In this document: in pieces, positions 25,600 to 32,000 of the stretch
Layout of the letters: each line of letters starts with the position of its first letter
How positions within the stretch are numbered: position 1 is the stretch's first letter
Assembly: GCA_963677105.1 (NCBI GenBank)
Contig: OY781871.1
Coordinates: 360,001 to 392,000, forward strand
Reading direction: 5' to 3'
Length of the DNA stretch: 32,000 nucleotides
Source: Candidatus Saccharimonadota bacterium
GTDB lineage: Bacteria; Patescibacteriota; Gracilibacteria; UBA4473
Translations under genes and position numbers: made by a program
The notes under the pieces: generated by a model
Database searches by the model: none
What the model was told of the DNA's origin: nothing
The model's input: only the letters and a program-made list of their open reading frames with translations

Positions 25600-26882
25600 T
25601 GTTGAAAGTGTTTTCGGGTTGCATTCCAGAAAAGAATTGCACTCAATGTGTTTGCTAAAAATGTTCCTATTCCGAGCCCCAATACAGAAATATTTTTCGG
25701 AAGAACTACCAAAGCGAGTGTCGCTGCAACTGCTGTTGCTATTGAGAGAGCAATGATTGTTACGCGAAGTGGCGTACGAACATCGTCATTCGCAAGAAAT
25801 ATTCGTGATAAAACGGGGATTGCACACGCCGCTGGAAGCGATAAAACAACAATTTGAAATACCCACTTTCCAAGCCGCAATAACTCTCCTTCTGCATCGA
25901 AAAGCAATATGAGCCAAAATTCTGCAAAGACGGCTCCAATAATTGCTGCTGGAATCGTTGCTAAGAAAACCCATTTCAACGAGTCAGATAAAACTTTCTG
26001 TTGTTCGACTGGATTATCTCGTGCTGCAGTAAGTTTTGGGAAACTCGCGCTTGCAATCGGAATCCCAATCATAGACAAAAGAGCCATTCCTAAGTTTGTA
26101 CCGATTTGATACGCACTCACCGCTCCTGCGGCAAGAAAACTCGCAATCCACATATCTGCTGAAAGATTTATTTGAAATGCCGCATTTGTTCCAATACGAG
26201 CAGAACAATCTGATCCAAAATGCTTCCAGCTATTTACTGGTTTTTTCCACCACCACCCAAGACGTCCTCCTGAAGAAAAGTACGCTATAAAATTTATAAA
26301 AAGGTGTAAAAATGCACCACAAACGGCAGAAATACCAATGACCTGCAATCCGTATTTTTCAATCCCAAACCATATTCCCAAACAAATGGCGCCTGTGTAG
26401 AGAATCGGCGCAATTGCTACTGAAAGAAATTTTTGTTGTTCTTGTTGAGCTGCTCCAAAAACTGCACTACAAGCTAATAACCACACCGAACCAAAAAGCC
26501 ATCGAACGAGCGTTGCTATTTCTGCTTGCGCTCCGGCGTCAAACCCACTGGCAAAAATCTGTACAAAATAGTGTGGAAAAACCGCTCCAATCAAACAAAA
26601 AAGTCCAAACACTGTTACCACTAACCATAAAAATGAACTTAAAAATTTAACACGATCATCTTTTTTCAATACAGACATTCGCGGCAAAAGCAACGTTGCA
26701 ACGGTTCCTCCCACTAAAAGAAAAAAGAAAAAATCCGGTACACGAAACGCCGCAAAAACGCGATCTAACTGTTCTGCTGGAAGATTGGAAACCAAAAGTC
26801 TATCGCGCAAAAGTCCTAAAACTTTGCTCATAAATGCTGATCCCATCAGCAATGCTCCACCAGAAGTAAGTATTTTTTTCAC
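25596..26882 (-). CDS. murJ: Lipid II flippase MurJ/MviN (short, 428 aa)
   Basis: GTG start. The N-terminus SKVLGLLRDRLLVSNL...DRVFAAFRVPDFFFFLL matches the MurJ signature (R..G..R......fG....DaF..Af..Pn). Polytopic throughout. Confidence 0.8.
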   Translation of the reverse strand: MKKILTSGGALLMGSAFMSKVLGLLRDRLLVSNLPAEQLDRVFAAFRVPDFFFFLLVGGTVATLLLPRMSVLKKDDRVKFLSSFLWLVVTVFGLFCLIGAVFPHYFVQIFASGFDAGAQAEIATLVRWLFGSVWLLACSAVFGAAQQEQQKFLSVAIAPILYTGAICLGIWFGIEKYGLQVIGISAVCGAFLHLFINFIAYFSSGGRLGWWWKKPVNSWKHFGSDCSARIGTNAAFQINLSADMWIASFLAAGAVSAYQIGTNLGMALLSMIGIPIASASFPKLTAARDNPVEQQKVLSDSLKWVFLATIPAAIIGAVFAEFWLILLFDAEGELLRLGKWVFQIVVLSLPAACAIPVLSRIFLANDDVRTPLRVTIIALSIATAVAATLALVVLPKNISVLGLGIGTFLANTLSAILFWNATRKHFQQ

Positions 26883-26971
26883 GCGCCGAGTGTGCCATGG
26901 AATGAGAAATTGAGCAAATTGGCGAGTTTGGATTTAGTAAAAAAAACTGGGAAAAATATAAACTCTTAAAA

Positions 26972-26999
26972 TTTCAATTTTCAAACTACAATTTACAAA
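26972..26999 (-). repeat. Heptamer array g-left (read on minus strand): TTTGTAA ATTGTAG TTTGAAA ATTGAAA
   Basis: 7-nt period. Points toward murJ (start 26882). Directly abuts array g-right, forming a palindromic centre TTTACAAA|TTTGTAA. Confidence 0.85.
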
Positions 27000-27037
27000 T
27001 TTGTAATTTGAACTTTGGAGTTTTAAGCGAAACGACT
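27000..27037 (+). repeat. Heptamer array g-right: TTTGTAA TTTGAAC TTTGGAG TTTTAAG, plus the shared tail CGAAACGACT
   Basis: 7-nt period. Points toward the LTD-protein gene (start 27110). The tail TTTTAAGCGAARCGAYT recurs at 31953-31969. Confidence 0.85.
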
Positions 27038-27109
27038 TTGTGAATTTTTCATGAATAATTTTAGTGCAAACAATTGAGAGAGTTTAGGTCTCTGCTAGAA
27101 AAAATAAAG

Positions 27110-29422
27110 ATGAAATATGTGATTATAAGTTTTTTTCTCTTTTGGGTAGTAATAACACAAGCTGCTATTCGAATAAACGAAGTCGCTTGGTCAGGAACTC
27201 CAACGAGTAGTAATGACGAATGGATTGAACTTTTTAATGATGGAGAAGAAACTATTTCCGTAGAAAACTGGACTCTAAAAGCAGTCGATGAAAGTCCTGA
27301 CATAACTCTTGCTGGAGAAATCGAACCAAATGGATTTTTTCTACTAGAACGAACCGATGATACAACCGTCCCAAATATTGAAGCGAATATAATTTATGCT
27401 GGATCACTTTCTAACACTGGCGAAGAATTGATTTTGAGTGATGAACATGAAAACGAAATTTGTAGAACTCCTTCTGGAAATTGGCCCGCTGGAGAAAGTT
27501 CTCCTGAAAGACGATCCATGATGTGGCTTGAAAATGAATGGAAAACTTTTTTGGGAGAAGCCAATGAATTTGGAATATTTGGAACTCCTGGAACAGAAAA
27601 TATAATTCCTCCTCCAGAACCACCGGAAACTACGTTTCAATCTGCAGAACCAATAAGTGTGAAAATATCCGAATTATCTCCCATCTCCATTGGAGAACCT
27701 GAATGGTTTGAAGTAGAAATATTGGCAATCAACGCTATTGACCTCGATAAATGGAAAATCAAAAAAGGCACAAGTGAGATTTTGTTATCAGAACTCACAT
27801 TTGCAAATGGTGGACAATCCCTTTCTGGACAATCTGTAACACTTCTTGAAAACGGTCTTGTAGGACATGAACAACTCAATGGAACGGATTTTACGTTTAC
27901 TGAAGATTCTCAAGTTTGGCTAAGTGATAATGAATCTACTCCTCTTCGATTTGTCGGAAACCCCAGTCCAATAAGTCTTCCTGACGGCGGAGGAGCTCTA
28001 GAAATTCTAAATGAGCAAAACGAAGTTTTGAGTTCTGCCACGTGGGGAAATACTCGAAATGGAGTACAGGATGGGTTTCGCTGGGGAGAAATTTGGAATT
28101 GGAATCCAATAAAATATTGGCCGTTACGAAGTAATGAAAATGCTCCAACTCACACTCGTGGAGAGGAAAATAGAACTGCTCCTGTCTTTCCTGAGCAACT
28201 AAATATTCGTATCGATGAAATTTCGCCGAATAGAATAAATGGCGTTGATTTCATTGAAATACTGATCACTGAAGCCCCAGAAAATAGCATTCTTCCTCCA
28301 TGGAATATAAAACATAATGGAACAGAACTTTTCTCGAGCGGAGGAGAATTTGTAGAATCTGGAGATAGAATTACGCTTTTTTTTGAAAGTGAACTCGTCG
28401 AAGAAAATCCTTCACGATGGATAAATAGAACTACTTCAAACGATACGCAAACAGAAAAAATTTGGGAAAGCAGTAAAAAAAATGGGCTCAATAAAACGAG
28501 CGGTACTTTAGAATTAAATATTTGGACTGGAACAAGCTGGGAAAAAACTGCAGATTTTATTTGTTGGGTTAAAGACGAATTACCCGAGGCGGAACAAGTT
28601 CGATTAGAAAATCATCCAGATGATTGGATTGGATCATGTTTTCAAAACGCAAGTATATTGCAAAACGAGTCAATCGCTCGACCAGAAGAATCAATAGACA
28701 CAAATAGTGCTACTGATTTTTTCCATCATTTCAATGGTTCTCCTGAAGAAATAAATATTCCTCAAAATGCCCCACCTGTTCCAAAAATACTCGTTCAGGG
28801 AAGTCGACGCGTGTATGATGCATCACTTAATTTGACTGGACTTGATGGCGAAAATGCTACAACCGATCCTGATGGATTACATGATTTGAAGTCTTGGAAA
28901 TGGGAAATTGAAGGAACCAGTTGTGGGAATTATTCTACTGATAATTGGGAGTGGAGTAATGTAAAAAAAGGAATTAAATCATGTGAAGAAGAAAGCTCGC
29001 GTGCCAACCCAGGAGTAATTTATTTTAACTTCAATGAACAAGAAAAATTTCATGTAACACTGACCGCAGAAGATTATTCTGGCGCAAATGCAAGCGTGAC
29101 AGTAGAACTTGATCGTGATCCGTTCAATGTTGGTGGCGGAGGAAGTGTTTTTGATGCTCCGTTAAAAAAATGGCTTGCAAAAGAACTTGAAAAAGATGCA
29201 ATACAAGAGCGAAAAACGTTAAAAGTTGGAACAAATCAATCAATAAGTGAACATTTTTTCGATGATTTTTTAACACATCTTGATTATAAAAAAATAGATC
29301 CTCGATTTTGGAAACCAAATCCTCCCCAACCAAAATTAATTTCTGGAAAATTTCGTGATCGAATCCCAGAAGACGACATATTTAAAATTAAAAAAAATAT
29401 CGGATTAGTCTTTTTATATTAA
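27110..29422 (+). CDS. Secreted protein with three lamin-tail-domain (LTD) modules and a PKD-like domain
   Basis: Preferred start ATG 27110 (MKYVIISFFLFWVVITQA signal). LTD signature I.I.E(V/L/I)....(E/D)(W/F)(I/F)E(L/I) occurs three times (IRINEVAWSG...NDEWIELFNDGEE..SVENWTL; VKISELSPISIGEPEWFEVE; IRIDEISPNRINGVDFIEILI). PKD-like segment TDPDG..DLKSWKWEI...FHVTLTAEDYSGANAS. Confidence 0.75.
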   Translation: MKYVIISFFLFWVVITQAAIRINEVAWSGTPTSSNDEWIELFNDGEETISVENWTLKAVDESPDITLAGEIEPNGFFLLERTDDTTVPNIEANIIYAGSLSNTGEELILSDEHENEICRTPSGNWPAGESSPERRSMMWLENEWKTFLGEANEFGIFGTPGTENIIPPPEPPETTFQSAEPISVKISELSPISIGEPEWFEVEILAINAIDLDKWKIKKGTSEILLSELTFANGGQSLSGQSVTLLENGLVGHEQLNGTDFTFTEDSQVWLSDNESTPLRFVGNPSPISLPDGGGALEILNEQNEVLSSATWGNTRNGVQDGFRWGEIWNWNPIKYWPLRSNENAPTHTRGEENRTAPVFPEQLNIRIDEISPNRINGVDFIEILITEAPENSILPPWNIKHNGTELFSSGGEFVESGDRITLFFESELVEENPSRWINRTTSNDTQTEKIWESSKKNGLNKTSGTLELNIWTGTSWEKTADFICWVKDELPEAEQVRLENHPDDWIGSCFQNASILQNESIARPEESIDTNSATDFFHHFNGSPEEINIPQNAPPVPKILVQGSRRVYDASLNLTGLDGENATTDPDGLHDLKSWKWEIEGTSCGNYSTDNWEWSNVKKGIKSCEEESSRANPGVIYFNFNEQEKFHVTLTAEDYSGANASVTVELDRDPFNVGGGGSVFDAPLKKWLAKELEKDAIQERKTLKVGTNQSISEHFFDDFLTHLDYKKIDPRFWKPNPPQPKLISGKFRDRIPEDDIFKIKKNIGLVFLY

Positions 29423-29432
29423 AAAATTACAA

Positions 29433-29467
29433 TTTGTACTTTGCACTTTGTAATTTGAAATTTGATC
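29433..29467 (+). repeat. Heptamer array h: TTTGTAC TTTGCAC TTTGTAA TTTGAAA TTTGATC
   Basis: Exact 7-nt period. Fills the convergent gap: it starts 10 nt after the LTD-gene stop and overlaps the stop codon (29466-29468) of the minus-strand gene by 2 nt. Confidence 0.9.
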
Positions 29468-30551
29468 ACTGTGTTGTCCACGCGCTTGGAGAAATTACTC
29501 GACCAAATGGATCTTCAGGGAAATTTACAACTTGAATATCTTGCGCAATTGCTGCTCTATTTGCTATGAGAACTGTTTGAATATTTTCTAATACCAAAAC
29601 ATATTCTGAAGTTTTTTGAGCAAAAATACGTCGTGCTTCAGCGTCAACAGAAAATTTTTGAAGATCTTTTTCCGCTTCTATTTTTCTGTCCAACAGCAAG
29701 GAAATGTCTTCTGGATTCGATGTTTTTAATGCGTCAAGGAATAAGGTTTCACTCTCTAGTGAAGCATTTCGTGCAGTGGCTGCTAGACGAGTAAACTCTG
29801 TGATGTCTTGCGACAATCTCGCTTGCAATACATCTGATCGACTTATTAATCGAGCAATCATTTGGAGTAATCGACCAACTTGATAATCTCGCAAAATTGC
29901 TGTTTCTCCTGTGATTTGCTCTGGAAATGGAACTTCAAACACACTCTCTACTTCGCGTTTCCAAAGTAACACTTCTGCCAATAAACCTTTTTGATCAGAA
30001 AGTCGCTGCGTTTCAATCCAATAATTCCACACCCCTAAAGAACGTCCAGCCATACTTTTTTGGGCAACCGTCGCCTTTTCTGTTGAGGAATTTTGCACTA
30101 TTTTTTCTTTTTTCTTTCCTGCTCGTTGAAGTTTTTCTGATAATGCATCTTTGGTTGGAAAAATTTTTGTCTTTACAGATTCTATTGCTATCGGCTTCTC
30201 TTGCAACGCCTTTTTCACATCTAGTTTGTCACTTCCTCCCCAAATCAACCAACCAACTATTCCCAATCCTCCTAGAACCAAAAGTGTTTTAAGAATTCCA
30301 AATCCAACACGACGCAAGAGCCAAACTGTATCTGTTGTGTCTTCCAAATCTGTTAACTCTTCATCTAATTCATCAAACTGATTTTCAGCTTGTTCTAATT
30401 TTTCCTTATCTTCTAATTCCGTCTCCGTCGGCTGTTTTTCAGGCTCAATAAGTGACTTCTCCTCTTCGAGAAAAGGTTGTGGTGCTGCAACTTGCTCCGA
30501 TGCTGGAGTAGTCGTCGCTTCTGTTGTTGATTCAAATGGATTTTCTACCAT
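29466..30551 (-). CDS. Hypothetical single-pass membrane protein (361 aa) with an acidic N-terminus and a helical C-terminal domain
   Basis: Preferred start ATG 30551 (MVENPFESTTE...), which avoids a 50-nt overlap with ruvC. TM segment VGFGILKTLLVLGGLGIVGWLIWGG. No family recognised. Confidence 0.6.
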   Translation of the reverse strand: MVENPFESTTEATTTPASEQVAAPQPFLEEEKSLIEPEKQPTETELEDKEKLEQAENQFDELDEELTDLEDTTDTVWLLRRVGFGILKTLLVLGGLGIVGWLIWGGSDKLDVKKALQEKPIAIESVKTKIFPTKDALSEKLQRAGKKKEKIVQNSSTEKATVAQKSMAGRSLGVWNYWIETQRLSDQKGLLAEVLLWKREVESVFEVPFPEQITGETAILRDYQVGRLLQMIARLISRSDVLQARLSQDITEFTRLAATARNASLESETLFLDALKTSNPEDISLLLDRKIEAEKDLQKFSVDAEARRIFAQKTSEYVLVLENIQTVLIANRAAIAQDIQVVNFPEDPFGRVISPSAWTTQ

Positions 30552-30582
30552 CGTGTAATTATACCTCAATCTATAGAAAAAA

Positions 30583-31050
30583 TCAAACGCGAAGCGCCCA
30601 CATCGCTGCTGCGATCGCATCTGCAGCATCATCTATTTTTGGATTCTTTTCGAGTCCAAATTGCAACTTCGCCATTTTCTTCATTTCCGCTTTATTCGCT
30701 CGTCCATTTCCAGTAAAAGAAAGTTTTAATTCTACTGGTTTTGGTTCTACTACACGACATCCTGCTCGTTCTGCAAGAAGTAAAAGAACACCTCTTGCTC
30801 CAGCCACACGCATTGCTGTGGTTGTATTTGAGCCAAAGAAAAGATCTTCAATCGATACTATTTCTGGTTTCCATTTTTTGAAGAGAAACTCAAAATCAGT
30901 TGCCAATTCGTGTAATCGCGCTGGAAATGGAGAATTTGGTTCGGTTGTTATCGTTCCAAATGTACATAATTCTGGTTTCGCCTTATTGGATGCGTCCAAA
31001 ACTGCAAATCCACATCGCCCAAATCCCGGATCAACACCAAGTATTTTCAT
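30583..31050 (-). CDS. ruvC: Crossover junction endodeoxyribonuclease RuvC
   Basis: Preferred start ATG 31050 (MKILGVDPGFGRCGFAVLD). C-terminal catalytic DAADAIAAAMWA. About 155 aa, typical of RuvC. Confidence 0.9.
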   Translation of the reverse strand: MKILGVDPGFGRCGFAVLDASNKAKPELCTFGTITTEPNSPFPARLHELATDFEFLFKKWKPEIVSIEDLFFGSNTTTAMRVAGARGVLLLLAERAGCRVVEPKPVELKLSFTGNGRANKAEMKKMAKLQFGLEKNPKIDDAADAIAAAMWALRV

Positions 31051-31255
31051 TATTGAAAGTATAGCGAATATTTCCATTTTTGCATGAAAATAGTGTATGT
31101 AAACCTCATTTATTTCTCTCAACTATTTTAAAACTTGACTAAATAACGAGTTCCGTGTTTTATAATATCGTATTTTTCTTTTCTTTCGAGAAGAGAAAGA
31201 TCTGATCTTTGAGAAGTCGAAGAATGTTTTCTTACTAATAAAAGGAAGTCGTATC

Positions 31256-31540
31256 ATGGAAAGAAAAATATTTCTCGCAACAGAGAAAGGTTGTTATGAC
31301 TTTATGTTCCCAGAACGAGAAAATGAATATCATATCTTGCTCATAATAAATAAAGATGGTGCAAATATCGAAAAAGCACCAAACACTTCACAATCAAGAA
31401 AAATTATTTTTACTGACACTGTAAATGAAATGGTATCAGAGCTTACAACTTCATCAGAAGATAGAGATATTGTGATTATTGAAAATAAAGATAATACCCT
31501 TTCTTTGTTTCAACTAAAACAATCTCCTGTAATCGCTTAA
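31256..31540 (+). CDS. Hypothetical protein (94 aa)
   Basis: ATG ORF with an aaaGGAAG RBS-like tract 7 nt upstream. No motif recognised. Confidence 0.45.
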   Translation: MERKIFLATEKGCYDFMFPERENEYHILLIINKDGANIEKAPNTSQSRKIIFTDTVNEMVSELTTSSEDRDIVIIENKDNTLSLFQLKQSPVIA

Positions 31541-31577
31541 CACCTGCCTATAAGGCATACAAATATTGGAGAAGAAT

Positions 31578-31847
31578 ATGAGTGCTAGAGAGTATTCACG
31601 AGGAAAAGATATCCTCGCCGTTTTAAAAATCAACGCGAAAAGATTGGGTTTTAACTTTTCGTCACTTGATAATGTATATTTTGAAATATGTTCATCGGAC
31701 CATTCTAAAAACTGTAAAAAACAAATAGAGGAAATTGAGTCATTAATTGCAAATGCCGTTCCTCCATATGTAATTGAACCTAATGGAATTGAAAACGATG
31801 ATATTTTCCTCGAAAAATGGAAATTTATCCGTATTCAACCAAGATAA
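31578..31847 (+). CDS. Hypothetical protein (89 aa)
   Basis: ATG 31578 preceded by tGGAGaag; the track uses TTG 31566. Followed by a terminator. No motif recognised. Confidence 0.45.
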   Translation: MSAREYSRGKDILAVLKINAKRLGFNFSSLDNVYFEICSSDHSKNCKKQIEEIESLIANAVPPYVIEPNGIENDDIFLEKWKFIRIQPR

Positions 31848-31848
31848 T

Positions 31849-31880
31849 AAGAAGAAGCTTTTTGCTTCTTCTTTCTTCCT
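31849..31880 (+). terminator. Rho-independent terminator after the two small ORFs
   Basis: AAGAAGAAGC-ttttt-GCTTCTTCTT, followed by TCTTCC (weak U-tract). Confidence 0.6.
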
Positions 31881-31938
31881 AAAACATTCTTCCACTTCTC
31901 TTTTTTTTAATACCTTTTCGCTCGCAAAGACAACACTA

Positions 31939-31969
31939 TTTGTAGTTTGTGATTTTAAGCGAAGCGATT
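31939..31969 (+). repeat. Heptamer array i: TTTGTAG TTTGTGA TTTTAAG, plus the shared tail CGAAGCGATT
   Basis: Same family. The last unit plus tail match 27021-27037 (TTTTAAGCGAARCGAYT). Confidence 0.75.
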
Positions 31970-32000
31970 ATTTCACCGTTACACTTTTCGCTAAATTCCG

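Overview
AT-rich, tightly packed chromosomal segment from a bacterium using the standard genetic code: conserved genes are uninterrupted and TGA serves as a stop. The lineage is probably an uncultivated small-genome CPR/Patescibacteria-like group. That call is inference only, from domain-trimmed housekeeping proteins, a 23S-5S unit with no 16S, large secreted repeat proteins and many small orphan ORFs. Recognisable content: a PF10672-like SAM methyltransferase, alaS, pyrF, a GIY-YIG ORF fused onto tRNA-Leu(GAG), thrS, gap, rnj, a YgjV-like membrane protein, and 5S+23S rRNA on the minus strand. Also present: a 928-aa Ig/FN3 surface protein with a sortase-type C-terminus, rplJ-rplL with an L10-type leader/attenuator, a NUDIX hydrolase, engB, an rluD-like gene, murJ, a secreted protein with three lamin-tail domains plus PKD, ruvC, and several small hypothetical ORFs. 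Main hunt results follow. (1) A dispersed family of tandem heptanucleotide arrays, (TTTGNAN)3-6, forms 11 arrays at 10 intergenic loci. They always sit at transcription-unit boundaries. Four abut a stop codon within 2 nt, and some form inverted pairs. I cannot assign them to any known element class. (2) Two single-gene insertions are each flanked by a diverged duplication of the end of an essential gene: GIY-YIG at the 5' half of tRNA-Leu, and a YgjV-like gene at the 3' end of rnj. (3) A Sec-exported protein is built from phage-tail-fibre-like modules and 54-bp tandem repeats. (4) thrS has a candidate attenuator/T-box-like leader, and an unexplained GC-enriched segment lies upstream of rnj. 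All coordinates of non-coding elements were derived by hand and may be off by a few nt.
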